From assembly GCA_027021705.1 (NCBI GenBank), contig JALUTT010000052.1:1-49849 (forward strand): 49,849 nt of DNA, written 5' to 3'. Both the position numbers and the translations under genes were made by a program. The notes beneath the pieces were generated by a model that did not search any database, was not told the DNA's origin, and was given only the letters and a program-made list of their open reading frames with translations. Shown here in pieces: positions 1 to 10,400 of this stretch (position 1 is its first letter; every line of letters starts with the position of its first letter). Origin of the DNA: Anaerolineae bacterium. Its GTDB lineage: Bacteria > Chloroflexota > Anaerolineae > S140-20.

Positions 1-117
1 TGCCCGCTGGAGTTGGCCGGCTACGACATCAGCCAGGTGCCGATGGCTTCCCTTTGCGCCGGCCTGAGCGTTGTCTGGCCTTTGGAGGCAACTCAGAATG
101 ATGTCCCAAACTCGTGA
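1..117 (+). CDS. 3' end of an unidentified gene running in from the left edge (partial)
   Basis: Frame 1 is open from base 1 (CPLELAGYDISQVPMASLCAGLSVVWPLEATQNDVPNS) to TGA at 115-117; too short to identify. Confidence 0.35.
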   Translation, partial: CPLELAGYDISQVPMASLCAGLSVVWPLEATQNDVPNS

Positions 118-135
118 CGGTCGCGGGGACCCCTC

Positions 136-165
136 TTGTCAAAACCAAACATTTGTGCTATAAAG
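136..165 (+). promoter_or_regulatory. Putative sigma70-type promoter for 176..436 and the GxxExxY gene
   Basis: TTGTCA (136-141), 18 nt, TG-C-TATAAA extended -10 (160-165), in an AT-rich patch. Confidence 0.45.
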
Positions 166-175
166 GGAGTGTGCA

Positions 176-436
176 ATGAACCTTTGGACCGTCGCCCTTC
201 TCGTCCTAGCCCTAAACCTTCCCTTCGGCTTCTGGCGAGCCGGGGTGGAAAAGTTCTCCCTCCATTGGTTCCTGGCGGTTCACCTGCCGGTTCCTTTCGT
301 CATCGCCCTGCGCTTCCTCTCAGGACTGGGCTGGCAGTTGATCACCTTCCCCGTCCTGGTCGGGGCCTTCTTCTTGGGGCAGTTCCTGGGAGGGAGGCTG
401 CACCTGTGGCATCGGAACCGGCAGCAAACGGCTTGA
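176..436 (+). CDS. Small integral membrane hypothetical protein (86 aa)
   Basis: ATG after GGGAG; about three hydrophobic segments (NLPFGFWR...WFLAVHLPVPFVIALR...FFLGQFLGG). Confidence 0.75.
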   Translation: MNLWTVALLVLALNLPFGFWRAGVEKFSLHWFLAVHLPVPFVIALRFLSGLGWQLITFPVLVGAFFLGQFLGGRLHLWHRNRQQTA

Positions 437-448
437 GGAGGCCGTTTT

Positions 449-910
449 GTGAAGGAGAAGCGGATCCAGACGCCTTACGATGACCTGACTTACCGGATCA
501 TCGGCTGTGCTATGGCTGTGCACCGCCATCGTGGTCCGGGGTATCGGGAGGACACCTACCAGCGTGATCTGGAGGTGCATTTCGCCGAGAGCGCATTGAC
601 CTATGAACCACAGAAACTGCTCGAAGTGTACGACAGTGCCCAGGGCGGCGTATTGGTCGGCTATTACATCCCCGACTTCATCGTTGAAGACACCGTGGTC
701 GTAGAGATCAAAGCGCTACCTGACTTGAGCGACAGCCATGTGGCTCAGGTAATTGGCTACCTGGCTGTGACGAACTGTCCGGTGGGTCTGTTGATCAACT
801 TCGGTAGACGCAGCTTGCAGTGGCGACGCATCCTGCCGCCGAGGAACATCACGGAGCACCGCATCAACCGACAGTGGTTGTTTGTACCGGAGTGGTTGAA
901 GCCGGAGTAA
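449..910 (+). CDS. GxxExxY protein, PD-(D/E)XK nuclease-like (PDDEXK_3 type)
   Basis: GAGGAGG RBS before GTG. Motifs IIGCAMAVHRHRGPGYREDTY (GxxExxY), PDFIVEDTVVVEIKA (PD...ExK), QVIGYL and GLLINFG are typical of the family. Confidence 0.92.
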   Translation: MKEKRIQTPYDDLTYRIIGCAMAVHRHRGPGYREDTYQRDLEVHFAESALTYEPQKLLEVYDSAQGGVLVGYYIPDFIVEDTVVVEIKALPDLSDSHVAQVIGYLAVTNCPVGLLINFGRRSLQWRRILPPRNITEHRINRQWLFVPEWLKPE

Positions 911-920
911 CTTGACAATG

Positions 921-2325
921 GGAAACGGATCGCTGTCAACGGATTGGGGAAGCGGATTGCTGTCAACGGATTAAGGGAGCGGATTGAACGAATCACTTCC
1001 CATCCGCTCAATCCGTTCTCAAATCCGTTGACAGCTCCGCTCAATCCGTTCTTGAATCCGCTGGCAGCTCCGGGAAACGGATTGCTGTCAACGGATTAAG
1101 GGAGCGGATTGAACGGATTACTTCCCATCCGCTCAATCCGTTCAATCCGTTCTCAAATCCGTTGACAGCTCCGCTCAACTCGTGGAAACGGATGGCTGTC
1201 AACGGATTGGGGGAGCGGATTGAACGGATTACCTTCCATCCGCTCAATCCGTTCAATCCGTTCTCAAATCCGTTGACAGCTCCGTTCAACCCGTGGAAAC
1301 GGATCGCTGTCAACGGATTGGGGGAGCGGATTGAACGGATTACCTTCCATCCGCTCAATCCGTTCAATCCGTTCTCAAATCCGTTGACAGCTCCGCTCAA
1401 CCCGTGGAAACGGATGGCTGTCAACGGATTAGGGGAGCGGATTGAACGGATTACTTCCCAATCCGCTCAATCCGTTCTCAAATCCGTTGACAGCTCCGCT
1501 CAACCCGTGGAAACGGATGGCTGTCAACGGATTAGGGGAGCGGATTGAACGGATTACTTCCCAATCCGCTCAATCCGTTCTCAAATCCGTTGACAGCTCC
1601 GCTCGATCCTGGAAACGGATGGCTGTCAACGGATTGGGGGAGCGGATTGAACGGATTACCTTCCATCCGCTCAATCCGTTCAATCCGTTCTCAAATCTGT
1701 TGACAGCTCCGCTCGATCCGTTCTCGAATCCGCTGGCAGCTCCGGGAGACGGATCGCTGTCAACGGATTGGGGGAGCGGATTGAACGGATTACCTTCCAT
1801 CCGCTCAATCCGTTCAATCCGTTCTCAAATCCGTTGACAGCTCCGCTCAACCCGTGGAAACGGATGGTTGTCAACGGATTGGGGGAGCGGATTGAACGGA
1901 TTACTTCCCAATCCGCTCAATCCGTTCTTGAATCCGTTGACAGCTCCGGTCGATCTGTGGAAACGGATCGCTGTCAACGGACTGGGGGAGCGGATTGAAC
2001 GGATTACTTCCCAATCCGCTCAATCCGTTCTCAAATCCGTTGACAGCTCCGCTCAACCCGTGGAAACGGATTGCTGTCAACGGATTAAGGGAGCGGATTG
2101 AATGGATTACCTTCCATCCGCTCAATCCGCTCAATCCGTTCAATCCGTTCTCAAATCCGTTGACAGCTCCGCTCAATCCGTTCTCAAATCCGCTGGCGAC
2201 TCCGGGAAACGGATCGCTGTCAACGGATTAAGGGAGCGGATTGAACGGATTACTTCCCATCCGCTCAATCCGTTCTTGAATCCGTTGACAGCTCCGCTCA
2301 ATCCGTTCTCGAATCTGTTGACAGC
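921..2325. repeat. Tandem array of 12 palindromic units (mostly 102-111 bp, some 134-152 bp)
   Basis: Units start with GGAAACGGAT (one GGAGACGGAT variant) at about 921, 1073, 1184, 1295, 1406, 1509, 1611, 1745, 1856, 1959, 2062 and 2205. Each has the outer inverted repeat GCTGTCAACGGATT...AATCCGTTGACAGC and inner GAGCGGATTGAACGGATT / ATCCGCTCAATCCGTTC arms. No unique spacers. Confidence 0.95.
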
Positions 2326-2351
2326 TATCTGTTCCAGAACCTATTCCCGCA

Positions 2352-5282
2352 ATGGCCCAAGACAAGATCGTCGTCCGAGGTGCTCGCGAGCACAATCTGA
2401 AGAACATCACGGTGGAAATCCCCCGGAACCGGCTGGTCGTCATCACCGGCCTCTCCGGCTCCGGCAAGAGCTCCCTGGCCTTCGATACCATCTACGCCGA
2501 GGGGCGTCGCCGCTACGTGGAATCCCTCTCCGCCTACGCCCGGCAGTTTCTGGGCCAGATGGAAAAGCCGGACGTGGACCAGATTGACGGGCTCTCGCCG
2601 GCCATCTCCATTGACCAGCGGGGCGTCAGCCACAACCCCCGCTCCACCGTGGGCACCGTCACCGAGATCTACGACTACCTGCGCCTCCTCTACGCCCGCA
2701 TCGGCATCCCCCACTGTCCTCAGTGCGACCGCCCCGTCGTCCGGCAGAGCGCCCAGGAGATCGTGGACGCCGTGCTGCGGATGCCCGAGGGCACCCGCAT
2801 CCAGGTGCTGGCCCCCCTGGTGCGCGGGCGGAAGGGGCACCACCAGGCCGTCTTCGACGAGGTGCGCCGGGCCGGCTTCGTCCGCGTCCGGGTGGACGGC
2901 CAGGTCCGCGACGTGGACGAGGAGATCCGGCTGGACCGCTACAAGCTGCACACCATCGAGGTGGTCGTGGACCGGCTCATCGTCCGCCACCCCTCGGACG
3001 AAGAGGAGGCCCGGCAGTTCCGCTCCCGCCTCACCGACTCGGTGGAGACCGCCCTGCAGATGGGCGAGGGAACGCTGATCGTCAACGATGTCTCCGCCGA
3101 CCCGCCGGTGGACCACTTCTTCAGCGAGCACCTGGCCTGCCCTACCTGCGGCATCAGCCTGCCGGAGATCGAGCCCCGCACCTTCAGCTTCAACAGCCCC
3201 CACGGGGCCTGCCCCACCTGCCAGGGGCTGGGCGTCCAGATGAAGGTAGACCCCCGGCTGGTTGTGCCCAACGAGGAGCTGAGCCTGGCCGAGGGGGCGG
3301 TGCACGCCTGGAGCGGCCCCGAGGGCTCCCGCCGGGAGCGGAACGGCTACTACAGCCAGTTGCTCCGGGCCGTGGCCCGCCACTTCCACATCCCGATGGA
3401 CCGGCCCTGGCGGGAGCTGACGCCCACCCAGCGCCAGATCATCCTCTACGGCAGCGGTCAGGAGCGGATCCCCGTCACCTACGTCAACGCCGAGGGGCAC
3501 CGGCGCATCTACCAGACCCGCTTCGAGGGGGTGATCCCCAACCTGGAGCGGCGCTACCTGGAGACCACCTCCGACTACGTCCGCCACAAGATCGCCGGCT
3601 ACATGAGCTACAGCCCCTGCCCCGACTGCGGGGGGACCCGGCTGCGCCCAGAGGCGCGGGCGGTCAAGGTGGCCGGCAAGCCCATCCACGAGGTGACCGC
3701 CATGTCCGTCAGCCAGGCCCTGGCCTGGGTGAACGAACTGCGGGGCGAGGGAACGTCGGGGGCCGCTTCCCCCCTCACCCCCCGCCAACGGGCCATCGGC
3801 GAGCGCATCCTCAAGGAGATCGCCGACCGGTTGCAGTTTATGGTCAACGTGGGGCTGGACTACCTGACGCTGGACCGGGCCGCCTCCACCCTCTCCGGCG
3901 GTGAGGCCCAACGCATCCGGCTGGCCACCCAGATCGGCTCCCAACTGGTGGGCGTCCTCTACGTCCTGGATGAGCCCAGCATCGGCCTGCACCAGCGGGA
4001 CAACGCCCGTCTGATCCGCACCCTCCAGGGGATGCGGGACCTGGGCAACACCCTCATCGTGGTCGAGCACGACGAGGCGACGATCCGGGCCGCCGACTGG
4101 GTGATTGACCTGGGGCCGGGGGCCGGCGAACAAGGGGGCTACGTCGTCGCCACCGGCACCGTCGAGGAGATCATGGCGCACCCCGACTCGCTGACGGGGG
4201 CCTACCTGGCCGGCCGCCGGACCATCCCGCTGCCGGAGCGTCGCCGGTCCGGCAACGGTCGGTGGCTCGTCGTGCGCGGGGCCCGCGAGCACAACCTGAA
4301 GGGAATTGACGTCCGCATCCCCCTGGGCCGCTTCGTTTGCATCACCGGCGTCTCCGGCTCCGGCAAGAGCACGCTCCTCATCGAGATCGTCTACAAGCGG
4401 CTGGCCCAACTCCTCCACGGCTCCCGCCAGCGGGCCGGCGCCCACGACACCATCGAGGGCGTCCAGTGGATTGACAAGGTGATCCACATTGACCAGTCTC
4501 CCATCGGGCGGACGCCCCGCTCCAACCCGGCCACCTACACCGGCCTCTTCACCCCCATCCGGGAGCTCTTCGCCGGCCTGCCCGAATCGCGGATGCGGGG
4601 CTACCGTCCGGGTCGCTTCTCCTTCAACGTCAAAGGGGGGCGCTGCGAAGCCTGCCAGGGTCAGGGCGTCCTCCAGATCGAGATGCAGTTCCTGCCCGAC
4701 GTCTTCATCCCCTGCGACGTCTGCCACGGGACCCGCTACAACCGGGAGACGCTCCAGGTGCGCTACAAGGGGAAGAACATCGCCCAGGTGCTGGAGATGA
4801 CGGTGGACGAGGCGATGGCCTTCTTCGCCGACATCCCCACCATCCGGCGGAAGCTGAAGACGTTGCAAGATGTCGGGTTGGGCTACATCCGGCTGGGGCA
4901 GCCGGCGACCACCCTCTCCGGCGGTGAGGCCCAGCGGGTGAAGCTCTCCCGAGAGCTCTCCCGCAAGGCGACGGGCCGCACCCTCTACGTCCTCGACGAG
5001 CCCAGCGTCGGCCTCCACGCCCACGATGTCGCCCGGCTGATCCAGGTGCTCAACCGGCTGGTGGACGCCGGCAACACCGTCGTCATCATCGAGCACCACC
5101 CGGACATCATCAAGGTGGCCGACTGGATCATTGACCTGGGGCCGGAGGGGGGCGACGGGGGCGGCTGGATCGTCGCCGAGGGGACGCCGGAGGAGGTGGC
5201 CCAGGTGGACGCTTCCTACACGGGGCAGTTCCTGCGGGAGATCCTCCGGGAGCGCCGGGAGTCCATCCCCACGCCCTTGTAG
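2352..5282 (+). CDS. uvrA: Excinuclease ABC subunit A
   Basis: [13 protein letters not shown], two Walker A motifs ([18 protein letters not shown]), two [11 protein letters not shown] signatures, CxxC zinc fingers; 976 aa. Confidence 0.98.
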   Translation: MAQDKIVVRGAREHNLKNITVEIPRNRLVVITGLSGSGKSSLAFDTIYAEGRRRYVESLSAYARQFLGQMEKPDVDQIDGLSPAISIDQRGVSHNPRSTVGTVTEIYDYLRLLYARIGIPHCPQCDRPVVRQSAQEIVDAVLRMPEGTRIQVLAPLVRGRKGHHQAVFDEVRRAGFVRVRVDGQVRDVDEEIRLDRYKLHTIEVVVDRLIVRHPSDEEEARQFRSRLTDSVETALQMGEGTLIVNDVSADPPVDHFFSEHLACPTCGISLPEIEPRTFSFNSPHGACPTCQGLGVQMKVDPRLVVPNEELSLAEGAVHAWSGPEGSRRERNGYYSQLLRAVARHFHIPMDRPWRELTPTQRQIILYGSGQERIPVTYVNAEGHRRIYQTRFEGVIPNLERRYLETTSDYVRHKIAGYMSYSPCPDCGGTRLRPEARAVKVAGKPIHEVTAMSVSQALAWVNELRGEGTSGAASPLTPRQRAIGERILKEIADRLQFMVNVGLDYLTLDRAASTLSGGEAQRIRLATQIGSQLVGVLYVLDEPSIGLHQRDNARLIRTLQGMRDLGNTLIVVEHDEATIRAADWVIDLGPGAGEQGGYVVATGTVEEIMAHPDSLTGAYLAGRRTIPLPERRRSGNGRWLVVRGAREHNLKGIDVRIPLGRFVCITGVSGSGKSTLLIEIVYKRLAQLLHGSRQRAGAHDTIEGVQWIDKVIHIDQSPIGRTPRSNPATYTGLFTPIRELFAGLPESRMRGYRPGRFSFNVKGGRCEACQGQGVLQIEMQFLPDVFIPCDVCHGTRYNRETLQVRYKGKNIAQVLEMTVDEAMAFFADIPTIRRKLKTLQDVGLGYIRLGQPATTLSGGEAQRVKLSRELSRKATGRTLYVLDEPSVGLHAHDVARLIQVLNRLVDAGNTVVIIEHHPDIIKVADWIIDLGPEGGDGGGWIVAEGTPEEVAQVDASYTGQFLREILRERRESIPTPL

Positions 5283-5389
5283 GCCGGAGTTTCCCTTCCA
5301 ACCCAGAGCCGCGGAGGGGGTGAGGGCACAGAGGCTTTGGTGTTCTCATCCCCCCAGCGATTCGGCGATCGGCATTCGTTGACCATCCG

Positions 5390-7282
5390 GTGTCTGCACC
5401 CGAGTCTCTTCAGGAAACCCTCCAGAATCTTCCCACCCGCCCGGGCGTCTACCTGATGCACAACGCCCAGGGTCAGGTGATCTACGTGGGCAAGGCGGTC
5501 AACCTGCGGGCCCGCGTCCGTTCCTACTTCCACGCCAGCGCCCAGGCCGCCTCCCCTCGTATCGCCCACCTGGTGCGCGAGATCGCCCGCATCGAGTTCA
5601 TCGTCACCGACAGCGAGCTGGAAGCGCTGATCCTGGAAGCCAACCTGATCAAGCGCCACCGCCCCCGCTACAACATCCGCCTCAAGGACGACAAGCGCTA
5701 CCCCTACATCAAGGTCCACTGGCAGGACCCCTTCCCCAAGGTGACCATCACCCGCCGTCTGGAGCAGGACGGCGCCCGCTACTTTGGCCCCTTCACCTCC
5801 TCGGCCGCCGTCCGGGAGACGCTGGAGACGCTGCGGAAGCTCTTCCCCTACCTGACCTGCGACCGGACGATCACCGGCCGGGATGAGCGGGCCTGCCTCT
5901 ACTACGACATCCACCTCTGCGCCGGCCCCTGCATCGGGGCCGTCGGCCGGGAGGCGTACCGGGGGATCATCGCCGGCCTCATCAAGTTCCTGGAGGGGAA
6001 GACCGAGGAGGTGGTGGCCGACCTGGAGCGGCGGATGCAGCAGGCCGCCGCCGACCTCCGCTTCGAGGAGGCGGCCCGCTACCGGGACCGGCTCCAGGCC
6101 ATCGCCCACGTCGTGGAGAAGCAGAAGATCGTCTCCACCCTCCAGACCGACCAGGACGTCATCGCCTTCGCCCGCGAGGAGGGGGATGCCTGCGTCCAGG
6201 TCTTCTTCATCCGGGGGGGCAAGCTGCTGGGGCGGGAGTACTTCGTGCTGGAGGGGACGGAGGAGCAGGCGGACGAGGAGGTCCTGGCCGCCTTCCTCAA
6301 GCAGTTCTACGAAGAGGCTGCCTACGTTCCTCCCGAAGTGCTGCTGCCGGAGCAGATCGAGGAGGCGCGGATCATCGAGCAGTGGCTGCAGCGGAAGCGG
6401 GGCGACCGGGTGCGGCTGGAGGTGCCCCGGGAGGGGATGGGCCGGGACCTGGTGCAGATGGCGGTTGAGAACGCGGCGGAGACGTTGGCGGTCCTGCGGG
6501 CCCGCTGGCGCTCCGACAGGCTGCGCCAGGAGGAGGCGCTGCGGGTGCTCGGGGAGGTGCTGGCCCTCTCCCACCCCCCGGCCCGCATCGAGGGCTACGA
6601 CATCGCCCACACCCAGGGGCGGGAGACGACGGGGAGCATGGTCGTCTTCGTCCAGGGCGTGCCCCGCAAGGGCGACTATCGGCGCTTCACCCTGCGGACG
6701 GCTCAGAGCGGGGACGACTACGCGGCGCTGCGGGAGGTGCTCACCCGCCGGTTCCGGCGCTACGCCGAAGTGCGGCAGCGGCAGGCCCGAGGGCTTCCCT
6801 TGAACCGGGGGGAGGCAGCCTGGGCGCTGCTCCCCGACCTGATCCTGGTGGACGGGGGGAAGGGGCAGCTTCAGGTGGCCCTGGAGGTGCTGGAGGCGTT
6901 CGACCTGGTGGGGCAGGTACCGGTGGTCGGCCTGGCGAAGGAGGCCCACACGAAGAGCGCCACCGACGAGCGGCTTTACCTGCCGGGGCGGTCGGAGCCG
7001 CTGGCGCTGCCTCCGCGCTCACCGGCCCTCCTGCTCCTCCAGCGGGTGCGGGACGAGGCCCATCGTTTCGCCCTGGCCCACCACCGCACCCGGCGTCGGA
7101 AGGCGGGGCTGGCCTCCCGGCTGGAGGAGATCCCCGGCGTGGGGCCGGTGCGGCGTCGGCGGCTGCTCCAGCACTTCGGGAGCTTGGAGGCGCTGCGAGC
7201 GGCCAGCGTGGAGGAGATCGCCGCCCTCCCCGGCATCCCCCGCGCCGTCGCCGAGGCGATTAAGGAGCATTTGGTGGGATAG
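5390..7282 (+). CDS. uvrC: Excinuclease ABC subunit C
   Basis: GIY-YIG N-terminus (PGVYLM...IYVGKAVNLRARVRSYF), UVR domain (LRFEEAARYRD), RNase H-like domain (LVDGGKGQL, RDEAHRFA), C-terminal HhH (IPGVG). Confidence 0.97.
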   Translation: MSAPESLQETLQNLPTRPGVYLMHNAQGQVIYVGKAVNLRARVRSYFHASAQAASPRIAHLVREIARIEFIVTDSELEALILEANLIKRHRPRYNIRLKDDKRYPYIKVHWQDPFPKVTITRRLEQDGARYFGPFTSSAAVRETLETLRKLFPYLTCDRTITGRDERACLYYDIHLCAGPCIGAVGREAYRGIIAGLIKFLEGKTEEVVADLERRMQQAAADLRFEEAARYRDRLQAIAHVVEKQKIVSTLQTDQDVIAFAREEGDACVQVFFIRGGKLLGREYFVLEGTEEQADEEVLAAFLKQFYEEAAYVPPEVLLPEQIEEARIIEQWLQRKRGDRVRLEVPREGMGRDLVQMAVENAAETLAVLRARWRSDRLRQEEALRVLGEVLALSHPPARIEGYDIAHTQGRETTGSMVVFVQGVPRKGDYRRFTLRTAQSGDDYAALREVLTRRFRRYAEVRQRQARGLPLNRGEAAWALLPDLILVDGGKGQLQVALEVLEAFDLVGQVPVVGLAKEAHTKSATDERLYLPGRSEPLALPPRSPALLLLQRVRDEAHRFALAHHRTRRRKAGLASRLEEIPGVGPVRRRRLLQHFGSLEALRAASVEEIAALPGIPRAVAEAIKEHLVG

Positions 7283-7436
7283 CGGCGTAGCGGCCGGCGA
7301 CCTAATGGCCGCCGTCGCCGGCGTGCCGGTGGAAGAAGCCACGGGAGGCTGACCCGGACGGGCCGGAACACCCGCCGCCAACGGCGCTATACTCGACACC
7401 GGCCAACGCAAGCAGAGGAAAGGAGAAAACCGCCCT

Positions 7437-10400
7437 ATGCTTGACACAATAGTCAGCGCCGCGACCGAAGCCGTCTTCGGGTACCTGCTGGAAGAAGCGG
7501 GCCTGGCCGACCGCGTCCGCGCCCGGCTGAAGCGCGAACCGGCCCGCCTGGCCTTCCAGGCGGCGCTGGTCAATGCCTACACTGCTTTCGCCCGCCACTA
7601 TCCCCAATGGACGGAATCCCTTTTCGACCAGACCTTTCTCACCCGCGAGGATGTGGCGGCGGAACTGTCCAAATTCCTCACCCGCCACCGGCACCCCGAC
7701 CCGGCGGCCATCGCCCACGCCTGGGCGGCCTACTTCCCCGCTGCCGACCCCGACCGCCGTGAGGCCCGCGTGGACGAACTCACCCCCATCGTGGCCTGCT
7801 TCCTGGACTGGTTGGAGGCCGAACTCAAGGCCCAGGAGGCGTTGCAGCCCCTCTTCGACAGCCGGGCCCTGGAACGGCTGCCCGAGCTTGCGGAGGACGT
7901 CGCGGCCATACGGAAGACGTTGACCCAGGCCCTGGAGCGGGCCGCCAAGTACCAGGTGGTGGTCCGGCAGGCCCAGGGCCTGGTCATCGGCGACCACGCC
8001 CAGGTGACTCAGGTGTTCCACACCTACTTCGGCGCGGATTACGTCACCCTGAAGGAGCGCTACATCTCGCCCGAGCCCGTCTTCGACCGTGTCAAACTGG
8101 ACCGCTTCGCCGGCCGGCAATGGCTGGAAGCGGAACTGGACGCCTTTCTGAACGCCCCCAACCGGGATCGAGGGGTATGGCTGCTGGTGGGGGAGGCCGG
8201 GGTGGGCAAGACCACCTTCCTGGCCCACCTGGTGCAGACGCGGGGCTACCTGCACCTCTTTGCAGAGCAAGCCCCAGGCAAGGCCAACCTGCGCCAAGCG
8301 CTGGGCTCCCTGGCCGTCCAACTGGTGAGCCGCTACCGTTTGGAGCCTTACGCCCGGCGAGACACCCTGCCCCAGGACCTGATCGAGGCCCCTCACTTCT
8401 TTGAGCGGCTGCTGCGCGCCGCTGCCGAACAACTGATTCACGGCGAACGCTTGGTCATCGTGATTGACGCACTGGACGAGGCCGGCGCCCTGCCCGACCA
8501 GAATGTCCTCAACTTGCCCAAGGTTCTGCCCAGAGGCGTCTACCTGATCCTCTCCCAGCGTCCCGTTCCCGTGCCCCTGCGGGTGGACGCCCCCCTGGAG
8601 CGGGTGGAACTGCAGGCGGAAAGCGAGGAGAACCGCCGGGACGTGAAGAAATTCCTGGGCATGGTCAGCCTCCGCCCGGAGATTGCCGGACAACTGCGGG
8701 CGCAGGGGGAGGAGACGGACCGTTTTGTGCAGGTGCTGGCCGAGCGCAGCGCGGGAAACTGGATGTACCTGCACTACGTGCTGGACGAGATCGCGCGGGG
8801 GGAACGCCATCCCCTGGACCTGGATGCGCTGCCCGTGGGGCTCACCGGGTACTACGCCGAGTACTGGCAGCGCTGGCGGGACAGGGATAAGACCGCCTGG
8901 GACACCCGCTACGTTCCTTTACTGGCCACCCTGGGGGCTGCGCAGGAGCCGTTGTCCTTGGACCTGCTGCTCACGTGGAGCGGGGTGGAGCGCGCCCAGA
9001 GATACCGGATCCAGCTCCTGTTGCGGGAACAATGGCGGGCCTTTGTGTACGAATTGAACGTGGACGGGCAACCGGTGTACCGCCCCTACCATGCCAGCCT
9101 GCGGGATTTCCTGCACGGCCGGCTGGACGAGGAGCAGTGGCGACATCTTTCCCTTGCCCATGAACGCCTGGTGCAGGAGTTGATGGATCGGACCCGGGAC
9201 GCCCACCGCCGCATTGCCAAGTCCTACCTGGCCGACCCGGCCCGCTGGCCCGCCCACGGGGGCTACGCCTTTCGCCACCTGACCCACCACCTGGCCCAGG
9301 CGGGCATGGTTGGCGAACTGGCCGCGCTCATCGAAAACCGCGCCTGGTACGCCGCCAGCCGGGACCACGACCCCAGCCGCCGCCTCTTCGCCGAGGATGT
9401 GGCCCGGGCGCTGGGCCTGGCCGAGGCGGAGGTGCTGGAGGAGAAACGCCCGGACCGCCTGCCCCCCGTCGTGGCCTGGAGCCTGCTCCACGCCACCGTG
9501 CGCACCCTGGCCACCAACGTGCCCGTGGAAGCCCTGGAGGCCATGGCCCTGCTGGACGACGCCGACCGCGCCCGACGCTACGCCGCCTTGATCACCGACC
9601 CGGAGAAGCAGACCGAGGCCTACCGGCGGATTGGGGTGCGCCTGCACGAGCAGGGGAACACGGAGCAAGCGCGGGAGGCCCTGCAGCGGGCCCTGGCCGC
9701 CGCCGAGGGGATTGGAGTGGAGCCGTTTCGCGCCTGGGCCCTGGCCGCCGTGGCCCAGGCGATGGCCCAGGTGGGCGACCGGGCCGGCCTGCAGCGGGCC
9801 CTGGCCGCCGCCGAGGGGATTGGAGTGGAGCCGTTTCGCGCCGAGGCCCTGGCCGCCGTGGCCCAGGCGATGGCCCAGGTGGGCGATACGGACAAGGCCC
9901 GGGAAGCCCTGCAGCGGGCCCTGGCCGCCGCCGAGGGGATTGGAGGGGAGTGGTCTCGCGCCCGTGCCCTGGCCGCCGTGGCCGAGACGATGGCCCAGGT
10001 GGGCGACCGGGCCGGCCTGCAGCGGGCCCTGGCCGCCGCCGAGGGGATTGGAGGGGAACGGTATCGCGCCCGTGCCCTGGCCGCCGTGGCCCAGGCGATG
10101 GCCCAGGTGGGCGACCGGGCCGGCCTGCAGCGGGCCCTGGCCGCCGCCGAGGGGATTGGATGGGAGCCGCCTCGCGCCGAGGCCCTGGCCGCCGTGGCCC
10201 AGGCCATGGCCCAGGTGGGCGATACGGACGCTGCCTGGGAAGCCCTGCAGCGGGCCCTGGCCGCCGCCGAGGGGATTGGCGATGCCGATGACCGCGCCCG
10301 GGCCCTGGCCGCCGTGGCCCAGGCCATGGCCCAGGTGGGCGATACGGACGCTGCCTGGGAAGCCCTGCAGCGGGCCCTGGCCGCCGCCGAGGGGATTGGC

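Noticed and set aside
921..2325. CRISPR array
   Set aside because: Whole units repeat with no unique spacers, they are over 100 bp and irregular in length, and no cas genes are in the window.
2330..2340. GTTCCAGAAC upstream of uvrA as a LexA box
   Set aside because: Orientation and spacing do not match the GAAC-N4-GTTC type box; no convincing SOS box was seen.
757..2587. Many short ORFs in the array (NPLNPFSNPLTAP..., AVNGFENGLNG...)
   Set aside because: They are by-products of the repeat in several frames on both strands, with frame-breaking unit lengths (103, 134, 143) and no RBS.
2325..6949. Long antisense ORFs opposite uvrA and uvrC (924 aa, 577 aa), and similar ones opposite other genes
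   Set aside because: Typical shadow ORFs of high-GC coding DNA with no recognisable motifs.
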